A stretch of 64,000 nt of DNA, taken from positions 25,842 through 89,841 of the forward strand of contig JASFTK010000001.1 in the NCBI GenBank assembly GCA_050053595.1, in the 5' to 3' direction. This DNA is from Candidatus Bathyarchaeota archaeon (GTDB taxonomy: Archaea; Thermoproteota; Bathyarchaeia; TCS64). A program made the position numbers and the translations under genes. Below are positions 9,865 through 19,232 of this stretch, one piece after another; position 1 is the first letter of the stretch, and each line of letters begins with the position of its first letter. Under the pieces are notes generated by a model. The model was not told the origin of the DNA and did no database searches. It worked only from the letters and a program-made list of their open reading frames with translations.

Positions 9865-10890
9865 TTGCACGTAGGTGTCTACTACAGGAACGACGATGTC
9901 AGGGTCGAGGAGATGCCAGTCCCGGAGATTGGGTCCGGGGAGCTGCTGCTGGAGGTCTCGTTGTGCGGGATCTGTGGCAGCGATGTCATGGAGTGGTACA
10001 GGGTCAAGAAGGCCCCAAGGGTCTTGGGTCACGAGGCTGTCGGAGTTGTCAATGATGTCGGTGAGGGCGTCGAAAAGGTCGAGGTCGGAGACAGGGTCTT
10101 CGTCTCCCACCATGTCCCTTGCGGTGAGTGCCGTTATTGCGCGAAAGGGGCTTACACCGCCTGCGAGACCCTCCACTCCATCAACATAGATCCAGGGGGA
10201 TTCGCCGAGTACGTCCGGGTCCCCGCCATCAATGTCGACTACGGCATATTCCCTCTCCCCGACAACGTTACGGATGAGGAGGGGGTCTTTATCGAGCCCT
10301 TGGGATGCGTCGTCAGAGGCCAGGAAAGGCTGGACATCCGCCCTGGGGACACTGTTCTGGTCCTGGGGAGTGGAGTCTCAGGGATCCTCCACATCCAGCT
10401 CGCCCGCCATATGGGGGCCTCAAAGGTCTTGGCCACTGACATCCAGGAGGCGAGGCTGAAGTATGCCGAGCAATTCGGGGCAGATGATGCTATAGATGCC
10501 CGTGGTGACGTGCCTGGGGTGGTCCGGAAACTCAATGATGGAGAGGCCGCAGATCATGTCATTGTGAGCACGGCCGCCCTCTCCGCTGTGAAACAGGCCT
10601 TTGAGAGTATCGACGACGGAGGGGATATACTCCTTTTCGCTCCGACGCCGCCGGGAGTTGAACTCCCATTAAACCTGAACGATGTCTGGAGTAGACAGAT
10701 CACCCTGACAACGACCTATGCAGCCGCCCCCGGAGATCTGGAGACTGCCCTTGGGTTGATCCGGTCAGGGTCTATCAACTTTCGCGACATGGTGACCCAC
10801 AGGCTGAGCCTCTGGGAGATACAGGCGGGCTTCAAGCTGGTCGCCGAGGCGAGGGAGTCCTTGAAGGTGGTGGTCAACCCCCATCTGTGA
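9865..10890 (+). CDS. Zn-dependent alcohol/polyol dehydrogenase (MDR family)
   Basis: CGICGSD, LGHE, structural Zn motif CGECRYC..C, EPLGC. Start reassigned to TTG 9865; the longer 9388 ORF overlaps lsrF antisense. Confidence 0.9.
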   Translation: MHVGVYYRNDDVRVEEMPVPEIGSGELLLEVSLCGICGSDVMEWYRVKKAPRVLGHEAVGVVNDVGEGVEKVEVGDRVFVSHHVPCGECRYCAKGAYTACETLHSINIDPGGFAEYVRVPAINVDYGIFPLPDNVTDEEGVFIEPLGCVVRGQERLDIRPGDTVLVLGSGVSGILHIQLARHMGASKVLATDIQEARLKYAEQFGADDAIDARGDVPGVVRKLNDGEAADHVIVSTAALSAVKQAFESIDDGGDILLFAPTPPGVELPLNLNDVWSRQITLTTTYAAAPGDLETALGLIRSGSINFRDMVTHRLSLWEIQAGFKLVAEARESLKVVVNPHL

Positions 10891-10963
10891 GTGGGGACAG
10901 AGTCTCCTCTGGTCGCCAGTTAGACCATCAATCTTTAATTCTTGGAGACCAGGTTCATTTCAA

Positions 10964-11431
10964 GTGATCCCATTGAAAACCTCAAAGCTTGTCGGTGTAA
11001 TGGCGCTCTTGGTCCAGATAGGCTCAGCTGTGGCCTTCGTACTGAGCATCATGACTGTCTATGGTGTACTCACCAGCGCTCTCGGTGGAGGCATGATGTT
11101 CCAGATGGAGGTGGACCAGACAACGGGGGCGGGGACCCTTGCTCTAGAACTTCAGCCGAGCAACCCAGGAGTCTTAGACGCTGATTTCTCCTTTGGCCTG
11201 AGCCTACTTGACTCTGAGGGGGAACCAGTAGCAAGTGACTCGGGGTCGTTATCTCTAACAGCAGGGGGTTCAGGGACGCTCAACCTGGTCCTTGAGGTCC
11301 CTCGGGAGGACTTTGAGAGGATCTATAACGAAGGGGAGAGTTCACTGGAGATCAGCGTGTCCCTCCGGACTCTATACGATCTGGTAGGTATCTCCGACAC
11401 CTTCACCATCCCGCAGGGGGGTCAACGATGA
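10964..11431 (+). CDS. Membrane-anchored hypothetical protein (N-terminal TM plus beta-rich domain)
   Basis: Hydrophobic N-terminus; ATGA overlap with the next gene. Confidence 0.7.
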   Translation: MIPLKTSKLVGVMALLVQIGSAVAFVLSIMTVYGVLTSALGGGMMFQMEVDQTTGAGTLALELQPSNPGVLDADFSFGLSLLDSEGEPVASDSGSLSLTAGGSGTLNLVLEVPREDFERIYNEGESSLEISVSLRTLYDLVGISDTFTIPQGGQR

Positions 11432-11919
11432 GCAGGCGATCCAGCGCCATAATATCAGCGACCATAACCCTCATCATTTTCACCGTGCTCCCCCTCTACG
11501 TCCCTAGCTTGTTACCACCCCAATATCTGGAGAAGGTCGCGGAGTTCGGGATAGACATAGGCCAGTTTACTACCCAGATAGCTGTGATCGGGGGGGTCGT
11601 GGCCCTGCTGACTCTGGTTAAAGGGTTCGTGGCACTTCATTCCCCCATATACCTGTTGGCGGCCCTCGCGTCAAGCGTTGTGACCCTCTTCTTCACCGTG
11701 ACCGCCGTCAGCCTCGGGAGGCTCGATGAGTTGGGTAACTTGGGGTTGACTTCTATAACCGTCGATGTGGAGGGCAGCCTCAACCATATTGTCCTAGATT
11801 TCAGGATATTCGTCCAGCTCACTGCAGTGGGTGTGATCTTGAAGATGATTGAGACCGTGCTGACCTTCATGGAGGCTAGACAGGAGAAGGCCCTATCTCA
11901 GAGTCCTTCAACGGGTTAA
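11428..11919 (+). CDS. Multi-pass membrane hypothetical protein
   Basis: About 4 hydrophobic segments; overlaps the upstream stop. Confidence 0.72.
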   Translation: MSRRSSAIISATITLIIFTVLPLYVPSLLPPQYLEKVAEFGIDIGQFTTQIAVIGGVVALLTLVKGFVALHSPIYLLAALASSVVTLFFTVTAVSLGRLDELGNLGLTSITVDVEGSLNHIVLDFRIFVQLTAVGVILKMIETVLTFMEARQEKALSQSPSTG

Positions 11920-11944
11920 GTTGTATTCCCCCTTCCGAGGGGGC

Positions 11945-12700
11945 TCAGAATAGGATGGAGAGACAGGTCAGGGCTCCGTCGCATTTCTCTATCTCGCTCA
12001 CGTCCATAGGTATGACATGGTAACCGGCCTCCCGGACCATAGCGTGAGACTCTGGGTAACCCTTTGGCATCAACACGGTGTCATCCACAGTCAGGGTGTC
12101 CGCAGCATACTCCTCCCCCTCCGGGACCCTTAGGACCTTGAGACCATTCAAGGCGGGGTGATCCGCGTATCTGGCTGTAGCGATCACCCTGCCATTCCCG
12201 AGGCTGGTGATATAGCTTTTGAGGTGCATTATGCCTGGATCCTCAATTGTGTCGACCGTGATCCCCAGCCAATCCCTCATCTGGGCGACCCCCTCGAGGT
12301 TGGTCCTCTGAGTGAGACCGCATATCAACCGGTCTGGGAGATGGATCACATCTCCCCCTTCGATGGTTGCCGGGGCCTCCGCCCACCTGACGGGCATGTA
12401 CTCTTCAAGGACCGCTGCCACCCCAGGCTGCTCCCCTCTCCTGCCCTCCTTGGCCATACGGCAGATGAGCGCCTTCCCCCTGTAGACCACTGCGTTATCC
12501 TCTACAAAACAGGAGTCGGGGAGTACATCGTCTCGCGATACCCGTATCACCTCCAGTCCCAGCTCCGAGAGGACCTCGCAATACCTCGCATGCTGTTCTC
12601 TGGCCTTCGACAGGTCTAGGGTATGATGGAGGGGATGGGAGGAGATGCATCCCTTGTAGCTGTTCCCTGGTTCCCTCACCAGAGCACGCCTGTAATCCAT
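11945..12700 (-). CDS. Dimethylarginine dimethylaminohydrolase (amidinotransferase fold)
   Basis: PDSCFVED, IEGGDV, RTN..G, HLKS and DGALTCLS catalytic motifs. Confidence 0.88.
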   Translation of the reverse strand: MDYRRALVREPGNSYKGCISSHPLHHTLDLSKAREQHARYCEVLSELGLEVIRVSRDDVLPDSCFVEDNAVVYRGKALICRMAKEGRRGEQPGVAAVLEEYMPVRWAEAPATIEGGDVIHLPDRLICGLTQRTNLEGVAQMRDWLGITVDTIEDPGIMHLKSYITSLGNGRVIATARYADHPALNGLKVLRVPEGEEYAADTLTVDDTVLMPKGYPESHAMVREAGYHVIPMDVSEIEKCDGALTCLSILF

Positions 12701-12754
12701 TGGATTCCCTCAACAATGTGCACCCTTCCCTTGATATAAAATCCTTGAGAACAG

Positions 12755-13330
12755 TCAGGCATTCAGCATCAGCATTGCAGCACCATTCACTACAGCATGA
12801 CCCACGACGCACCCTAGGATGCTCCGGGTTCTGAGGAAGACAATGCCGTTCAGGAATCCTAGGAGGAATACCGGTATCAGGAGGAGGGGGAACCCCGCTC
12901 TGACATGTCCATGATGGACCGCCGTGAAAAGGGCGGTCTGTATGAGGTTAAGGGCGAGATTTCGGGTTGAAAGCACTGCCCCCTTATCTGAATAATATCC
13001 GAGGAAGAACCCCCTGTAAGCCACCTCCTCATAGACCGGGTACCAGACTATATCCGTAAATATAGCCCAAGCCACAATGGGCTTTGCCCTCAACATCTGA
13101 TAGGTGAGGTGGATGGGGTAGTAAGCTATCAGCACCAAGAGAGCGGCGATGAGCCCCAATATGAGAGATGGGGGTATTGCCTCGGTACTGAGACCCGTAT
13201 GGGAGAGTTCCTCCTTCAAGACCGCCTTGACGAAGAGTAGCGGTAGGAGGATTAGGGGATAGAAAGACCCGTTGAGCCAGAGGGCCAGGAACACCAGCGC
13301 GGCCAGAATCCTCTCTGTTGACGGATCCAA
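12755..13330 (-). CDS. CPBP (CAAX/Abi) family intramembrane metalloprotease
   Basis: EEVAYRG, FTAVHH and GHAVVN motifs. Confidence 0.88.
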   Translation of the reverse strand: MDPSTERILAALVFLALWLNGSFYPLILLPLLFVKAVLKEELSHTGLSTEAIPPSLILGLIAALLVLIAYYPIHLTYQMLRAKPIVAWAIFTDIVWYPVYEEVAYRGFFLGYYSDKGAVLSTRNLALNLIQTALFTAVHHGHVRAGFPLLLIPVFLLGFLNGIVFLRTRSILGCVVGHAVVNGAAMLMLNA

Positions 13331-13388
13331 TATCAGATGACCCCACTCTCTCAGTGGGGATCCTTTTAAAAAAACCCGAGGGAAGGGG

Positions 13389-14273
13389 TTAGACCAGCTT
13401 CTCGCCGGCGATCTTTTCGACCGCCTTGATGACGGCCTGGGTCCCCTTCTGTGTCAAGTCCTCAGCCTCGAGGCTCCTGTACATCTGGTGGACGACCGAG
13501 GTCTCTATCAGGGGCATCTTGACTTCTGCCGCTGCCTCCATTATGAGCCTCAGATCCTTGAGGTAGTCCTTGATCTTGAAGCCTGGCTCCATGTCACCCT
13601 TGAGCAGCCTCGCGCCGTTGTTGGTCAGCTGCCAGCTCCCTGCTGCACCGCCTGAGACCGCTGCGTGACATTTCTCAAGGTCCGCTCCAGACTTCTTGGC
13701 GAACATCAGAGCCTCGGCGACCCCCAGCATTGCGGTTCCCACCAGGATCTGGTTGACCAGCTTCACGGTCTGGCCCATCCCATTGCCTCCGACGTGGGTT
13801 ATCGTCTTCCCCATCGCCTCGAAGACGGGGAGGGCTTCATTGAAAGTCTCCGGGTCCCCACCGACCATGATGCTCAGGGTGCCGTTCTGGGCGCCGATGG
13901 CCCCACCGCTAACAGGGGCGTCCAGCATCCTTACGCCCTTCTCTCCAAGCCTCTCCGCGATATCCCTCGTAACCGCCGGGGAGATAGTGCTCATATCGAT
14001 GACGATATCACCGGTACTGGCCCCATGTATCACCCCCTTGGAGCCCATGATGACCTCCTCGACATCAGGGGAGTCAGTGACAATTGATAGGATAATCTCC
14101 GAGGCCTCTGCCACCTCCTTGGGGGAGGCGGCAGCCTTGGCCCCCGCTTCGACGAGGGGGTCCATCTTAGAAGCCGTCCTATTCCAGACTGTGACGGGGA
14201 AACCCGCCTTGATCAGATTCATGGACATGCCGCTGCCCATGAGCCCGAGCCCAATAAAACCTATTTTCTTCAA
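13389..14273 (-). CDS. beta-hydroxyacid dehydrogenase (GarR/3-hydroxyisobutyrate dehydrogenase family)
   Basis: IGFIGLGLMG, DAPVSGG, GTLSIMVGG and KLVNQ motifs. Confidence 0.92.
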   Translation of the reverse strand: MKKIGFIGLGLMGSGMSMNLIKAGFPVTVWNRTASKMDPLVEAGAKAAASPKEVAEASEIILSIVTDSPDVEEVIMGSKGVIHGASTGDIVIDMSTISPAVTRDIAERLGEKGVRMLDAPVSGGAIGAQNGTLSIMVGGDPETFNEALPVFEAMGKTITHVGGNGMGQTVKLVNQILVGTAMLGVAEALMFAKKSGADLEKCHAAVSGGAAGSWQLTNNGARLLKGDMEPGFKIKDYLKDLRLIMEAAAEVKMPLIETSVVHQMYRSLEAEDLTQKGTQAVIKAVEKIAGEKLV

Positions 14274-14318
14274 TTTCTCTCGGGGAATAATCCACCCCTA
14301 GCAAGAAAATTCTTTCGC

Positions 14319-14738
14319 CTAGCGACCGACAGTCTTCTTCAGTATGAGCAAGTAATGGTTACCTGCTAGTCCCAGAAGGATCAGGGCTATGCCGATCACG
14401 AGCATTGTGTTAGCCTTCCTAGGGTTGTTTGTGACCTTTGTACTCCTATAAGAGACCAAGAGGCCCCCAACCATGAAAAAAGTGAGGATCATGCTCACGA
14501 TGCTCTCGTTGATAGTCTGCTCACCTATCAAGGGGTGAATTGCAATCCAACTCCCACCCGGACCCGGGACGATGGACGGGGGGTTGTCGAGGATATCGTA
14601 GATGCCCCCGCCGGCGATGAAGGCTGTAAAAACGACCATAATGATGGCGACTGTGGTGGCGGATATCCTCGGGAGTCGCCTACTGCCTCTACTCAGGTCG
14701 TCGATGAACCTCTTCAGCCGTTCTCCAATTGATGGGAT
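14319..14738 (-). CDS. OST3/OST6-family (OSTC/DC2-like) oligosaccharyltransferase accessory subunit
   Basis: GGGIYDILDNPPSI...GEQTINESIVS resembles OSTC GGIIYDVIVEPPSV...GQYIMEGLAS; 3 TM segments. The frame is open upstream of ATG 14639 to 14738, so the start is uncertain. Confidence 0.72.
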   Translation of the reverse strand: MPSIGERLKRFIDDLSRGSRRLPRISATTVAIIMVVFTAFIAGGGIYDILDNPPSIVPGPGGSWIAIHPLIGEQTINESIVSMILTFFMVGGLLVSYRSTKVTNNPRKANTMLVIGIALILLGLAGNHYLLILKKTVGR

Positions 14739-14869
14739 CCCAACAGCCTCCTATCAGGGATGTACTCATGTGACCTCCGGGATATATGGTTTTTTACGAT
14801 CCAACAACCCCTTCACCTCCGGACAACCCTTTAAATCTAGGTCCTACGGAGGATATCGGGGACGAAGGT

Positions 14870-15049
14870 ATGCCACAAAGGGTCACGTGCGCCGAGTGCA
14901 ACCATCTGCTCTACGAAGGGGATATCCTGAAATCACCTCAGGACATCATAAAAAAATACGACGGCCGATGCCCGGAATGCAACCGTGAGCTCAACTTCGA
15001 CAGCACAGGCGTAAGCATCTCCCCCTACACCGAAAACGACAACAACTGA
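14870..15049 (+). CDS. Small zinc-ribbon protein (59 aa)
   Basis: MPQRVTCAEC...RCPEC; TTTAAA promoter upstream; start reassigned to ATG 14870. Confidence 0.8.
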   Translation: MPQRVTCAECNHLLYEGDILKSPQDIIKKYDGRCPECNRELNFDSTGVSISPYTENDNN

Positions 15050-15056
15050 GACAGAC

Positions 15057-15165
15057 AGACCTAAAGACCGGGGAGAGCAGGGTAAGGTCATACCCGACGA
15101 GAGGGGGCGTAAACTAGCGCCAATTACTCTAGACCGGTTAACGAATATTTCGTGTGTGATTAGAC
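15057..15165 (+). ncRNA. Candidate structured intergenic RNA (sibling of 24657-24816)
   Basis: Shares AGACCTAAAGACC and GGGAGAG with the 24.67-kb element; stems ACCGG/CCGGT, GGGTA/TACCC, GGCG/CGCC, ACGAA/TTCGT. Confidence 0.3.
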
Positions 15166-15336
15166 ACCCTCACTGAATAATGAATCTGGACTGAACATAC
15201 TTGAAGCCCTGTTTCTCCTATAACCTGTTTTTCAGCACTTTTTGAGTCTAATAAGATATTTAGGCGCTTGGTTTGTACTTTTCTAGGACAATAATGCCGC
15301 TCACCATCGGCTTACACTAAAAAGCTTATATTTATC

Positions 15337-16647
15337 GTGTTTGTAGAGGTGCCGAAAACTGGGATGTCGGCTCCCTCATTGCGTGAACGCCTTAAAGACA
15401 TGTATTTCGGCTGGTACACCGTGCTCGCCGGTGCCATCATCGCCTGCTGGGGATATGGGAGCTGGTATTATGGGATGAGCGCTCTTTTCACCCCCCTTAT
15501 CGCCGAGTATGGATGGACCCGGGCTCAGCTCTCGGCAGCCTTCAGCATGCGTAGCATCGAGGGGGGCTTGGAGGGCCCCATCGGGGGTATGCTCATCGAT
15601 AGATATGGCCCCAAGAAGATCACAATCATCTCCACGATCATCGCCAGCCTCGGGCTCCTCCTGGTTCTCTTCGTCCGTGACATCTGGCAGTTCGTCATAG
15701 TTTGGGGTTTCGTTGTGAGCCTGGGCTTCAACCTCGGGCTCTATGACACTGTGAACGCAGCTGTGGCGAAGTGGTTCGTGAGGAAAAGAGGGCGGGCGAT
15801 CTCCTTGGTGACCATCGGAGGGGGTCTTGGAGCTCCTGTCGTGGTCCCCGTGATGACGTGGATTATCGTCAACTACGGTTGGAGGTCGGCGTTGATCTTC
15901 GTGTCCCTCTCAACCCTCGTTATCTGTCTACCCCTCGCGTGGTTCTGGATGAAAGATCATCCCCCAGAGCACTACGGGCTGCTCCCTGATGGGGACACCG
16001 TGATAAAGACCTCCGACGTGGAGGATAATGACCGGGAGAACGCCATCGAGGAGTATGAGTTCACCCCCAAACAGGCCCTCAGGACCCGCTCGTTCTGGAC
16101 TATGCTCATCGCCTTCGCCCTCAATGGAGGCATCCTAGCCATGGTAACGATGCACCAGATGCCCTACCTTGAGGACATAGGCATCGATCCTCTTGCAGCG
16201 GCAGGCGTGTTAGGGTTGATGGCTACCATGAGCCTCCCCGGCAGGGTCGTATTCGCGTGGGTGGGGGACCGATGGGGGGAGAGGAGAGCCCTGATGCTCG
16301 GATATGCACTGAAGACCGTGGGCCTCCTGATCTGGACGACAGCCCGGACCATCCCCCAGATAATGGTGTTCGTCGTCCTCTTTGGCCTGGGATACGGGGG
16401 AACCATCCCCGTCCAAACCTCCCTCAGGGCCAGTTTCTTCGGCAGGAAGGCGTACGCCACCATCACAGGCTACACCACCTTTTTCACGGCACTCACCAAC
16501 ATCGTATACCCCATCTTCGCTGGCTGGACCTATGATGTAACGGGGAGCTACACGGACGCCTTCCTGATAATTGCAGGGCTCCAGGCCCTAGCCATAGTCT
16601 TCATGTACCTGGCCAAGAAACCACAGCCCCCACCCTCTGATCCCTAA
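15337..16647 (+). CDS. MFS transporter (OFA/MCT-like)
   Basis: 12-TM pattern, GMLIDRYGPKK motif A, KWFVRKRGRA. Confidence 0.92.
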   Translation: MFVEVPKTGMSAPSLRERLKDMYFGWYTVLAGAIIACWGYGSWYYGMSALFTPLIAEYGWTRAQLSAAFSMRSIEGGLEGPIGGMLIDRYGPKKITIISTIIASLGLLLVLFVRDIWQFVIVWGFVVSLGFNLGLYDTVNAAVAKWFVRKRGRAISLVTIGGGLGAPVVVPVMTWIIVNYGWRSALIFVSLSTLVICLPLAWFWMKDHPPEHYGLLPDGDTVIKTSDVEDNDRENAIEEYEFTPKQALRTRSFWTMLIAFALNGGILAMVTMHQMPYLEDIGIDPLAAAGVLGLMATMSLPGRVVFAWVGDRWGERRALMLGYALKTVGLLIWTTARTIPQIMVFVVLFGLGYGGTIPVQTSLRASFFGRKAYATITGYTTFFTALTNIVYPIFAGWTYDVTGSYTDAFLIIAGLQALAIVFMYLAKKPQPPPSDP

Positions 16648-16721
16648 GCAGATTAGCCAAGAAAGCAGGGGGAGATGGGCCTCATAAGAATGAGCAGTAA
16701 GGTCCCTGATTAGGACCGTCC

Positions 16722-18503
16722 TCACTCCGTCTGTTCCCTGCGCAGCACCTTGCCGGGTCTCACACCTGTATGTTGGGCGTCCTTGACGACGAGGATCCCG
16801 TTCACGATGACATGCTCGATCCCCTCAGGGTAGCGTCTCGGGTTCAATTGGTCCCCTTTATCGGTTACCTTCCGGGGATCCAGTACTACGATGTCTGCGT
16901 AGCCGCCCTTCTTTAGGGTCCCTCGGCCTTGGAGGCTGAACTTCTGTGCGGGGAGGCTGGTGACCTTCCTGATCGCCTCCTCCAAGCTGAGGGCTCCCGT
17001 CTCCCTGTAGGCTCTCCTGAGATACCGCGGGAACCCTCCATAGCTGTTCTCGTTGGGCAGATACCATGGCGGGTGTCGGCTCTCCCACTTGTCGTCGACT
17101 GCGAAGGTGTCGATGCCTACCATCCCCTCGGGGTGCTGCATGAACCTGAGCTTGACCCAGTCGTCTCCTCTATCCCTGACCGCCTTGGTTGAGGGGTCCT
17201 CAGAGAGGATTTCCATCAGGGCGTCGAGGGGCTCAACCCCCCTCTCCTCAGCGACCTCCGCCACAGTCTTACCGACGCAATCCTCGGCCTCAGACTCGAC
17301 GATCTCCCTCATCCCCGCCCAGTTGGGAGTGATATTCGGGTTGAGGCGGTACCACTTCCCCGCCCAGATAGCCTCTTTGATCTCCTCCCTGAAGTCCTTC
17401 ATCTTCAGTGCCTCGGCGAACTGCTCTAAGCTCCCGGATATCTTGAGCCACGGGGCCAGGGTGCCTGCAAGCCAGGGACTGGTGTATATCCCCCCGGTTG
17501 AGTGATGGGGGATGAGATCAAAGTTGACATCGATCTCCTCCTCCCGGGCGTCGTCGACGAGCTTGAGTGTCGCCCTCACCGCAGCCTCTTTCATCAGATC
17601 GTTGTCGCCGGGGGTGACATCATAGAGGGAGCCCAGATGGGAGACCTGTACCGGGATACCTGCTTTCCGGCCTATGTCTATAGCCTCGAGTACCCCCTCC
17701 GTCTTGACAGGGGGGAACTCCCCGGGTCTCCGGGCCTTCCTGTGACCCGTCCGGAGGCTATGGCTGGCGTAAACACCGCCGTATCCGGCCGCTACTTTGG
17801 CGCAGGCGAAGAGTTCTTCAAATCCTGCCCATATCCCTGGATCATAGTCCCGGCCCACACTTATGCCCCTGCACCCGTCTTGCATCGCCCTCTCTACATG
17901 CTCTCCCATCTCCTGGACCTCCTGTTCCGTAGCTTCTCGTTTGAAGTCGGCGCCCATTACTAAGCTGCGGATATCACCGTGACCGACCAAAGGGACATAA
18001 TTGGCGCTGATCCCTCCCTTCTCTACCCTCTTGAAGAACTCTCCCAGGGTATGCCAGTCTATCTCCCATCCATAAAGCTCCTTGTGCCGGGCGTTGACCT
18101 CGTCACGGGGGAGGAGACAATCCTTGTAGTACATCCGGGGGGCAATATCCGTCCATAGGTCGGTGAGAACCCAGGGGAGCCCTATCATGTCCCCGAAGGG
18201 GCCAGGGCTGTCCCCGCATTGCCCCCCGATGAAGGTGGTTATCCCCTGCCTCACGAAACCGGGGGCCTCGGGATAGTAGAGGATGCTGAGATCCCCGTGG
18301 TTGTGAACATCGATGAACCCTGGGCAGACCACCAGCCCCTCAGCGTCGATAATGGTCTTGGCGTCGGCCTTGATCTCTCCCTCCACCTTGCCGAGGGCTG
18401 AGATCAGCTCTCCCTTTACGGAGAGGGCGCCATTGTAGGCTGATCCGCCTGTACCGTCGACTATGTTTGCGTTCTTGATGAGGATGTCTAACTCTTCGGC
18501 CAT
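16722..18503 (-). CDS. N-acyl-D-amino-acid deacylase (second paralog)
   Basis: PGFIDVHNH, GITTFIGGQCG, VQVSH and GIDT motifs; clearly paralogous to 6809-8584. Confidence 0.88.
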   Translation of the reverse strand: MAEELDILIKNANIVDGTGGSAYNGALSVKGELISALGKVEGEIKADAKTIIDAEGLVVCPGFIDVHNHGDLSILYYPEAPGFVRQGITTFIGGQCGDSPGPFGDMIGLPWVLTDLWTDIAPRMYYKDCLLPRDEVNARHKELYGWEIDWHTLGEFFKRVEKGGISANYVPLVGHGDIRSLVMGADFKREATEQEVQEMGEHVERAMQDGCRGISVGRDYDPGIWAGFEELFACAKVAAGYGGVYASHSLRTGHRKARRPGEFPPVKTEGVLEAIDIGRKAGIPVQVSHLGSLYDVTPGDNDLMKEAAVRATLKLVDDAREEEIDVNFDLIPHHSTGGIYTSPWLAGTLAPWLKISGSLEQFAEALKMKDFREEIKEAIWAGKWYRLNPNITPNWAGMREIVESEAEDCVGKTVAEVAEERGVEPLDALMEILSEDPSTKAVRDRGDDWVKLRFMQHPEGMVGIDTFAVDDKWESRHPPWYLPNENSYGGFPRYLRRAYRETGALSLEEAIRKVTSLPAQKFSLQGRGTLKKGGYADIVVLDPRKVTDKGDQLNPRRYPEGIEHVIVNGILVVKDAQHTGVRPGKVLRREQTE

Positions 18504-18578
18504 CTCAATCGAGGATAAATGAGCGGAGGAGCGCTTAACCTTTAGGGAGCTCAGGTCCAGACGGTGAGGCGTATCAGC

Positions 18579-18968
18579 TCATTCTTGGACCAGATGCATC
18601 TCGACCCCGTCGGGATCCCTGAAGAAGACAGTCGTCCGGTCTCCTCTACCAGGGATCTTCCTAGGGGGAGAGATGAACTCTATCTTGTCTTTGAGCCTCT
18701 CATACATATCACCCACATCCTCGACGCTGAAACCGATATGCCTGAAGCCGAGGTCTGTCAGCCTCCTCGGAGGTTGGATGGTCTCCTTCCCCTCAGGGAG
18801 GTTCATTAACTCGATCTTGGTCGACCCTAACCTCAGAACGGCGACTCTATCTTTAGGTCTCTGTATGGTCTCCAGATGCTTGAAGCCCAGTAGCTTGTAG
18901 AACCCAATTGAGCGTTCAAGGTCCTTAACAACGATGAGGATGTGGTCGAGAAGACTAGGCGCAGTCAT
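18579..18968 (-). CDS. VOC/glyoxalase family protein
   Basis: DHILIVVKDLERSIGFY, IEL, HIGFSV and FFRDPDG motifs. Confidence 0.9.
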   Translation of the reverse strand: MTAPSLLDHILIVVKDLERSIGFYKLLGFKHLETIQRPKDRVAVLRLGSTKIELMNLPEGKETIQPPRRLTDLGFRHIGFSVEDVGDMYERLKDKIEFISPPRKIPGRGDRTTVFFRDPDGVEMHLVQE

Positions 18969-19055
18969 GTTGATCGTTCATCAAAGCCCTATTATGCTTT
19001 AAACGATATCTCTCCCAGCCCGGCCACCTCAGGGATATCGCGTAGATAACTATCA

Positions 19056-19148
19056 CTATAGGCGGATCAGGTAGCTCCCTAGCAACATTAGTAGTATGAG
19101 GACCACGACAAGCTTCTTCAGGATGGTTATGGTTCTGTGGCTGGGTAT
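19056..19148 (-). CDS. Putative 30-aa single-TM microprotein (ATA start), absent from the ORF track
   Basis: (M)PSHRTITILKKLVVVLILLMLLGSYLIRL*; GAGG SD 8 nt upstream and TTTTTAAG box. Confidence 0.35.
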   Translation of the reverse strand: MPSHRTITILKKLVVVLILLMLLGSYLIRL

Positions 19149-19232
19149 CTTCTCTTCCTCTCATTCAGGGGGTTTGCGATATCTTAAAAAAGTTTGAGGA
19201 GGGTCTGGACGTCCACACTCCCAAGCTTGGTC

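Noticed and set aside
15080..15140. Hammerhead ribozyme (CCGACGAG resembles CUGAUGAG)
   Set aside because: The GAAA core strand and cleavage triplet are absent
18955..19164. 69-aa minus-strand ORF from the track
   Set aside because: Overlaps the VOC gene start and promoter and looks non-coding; the other frame gives a more protein-like TM peptide
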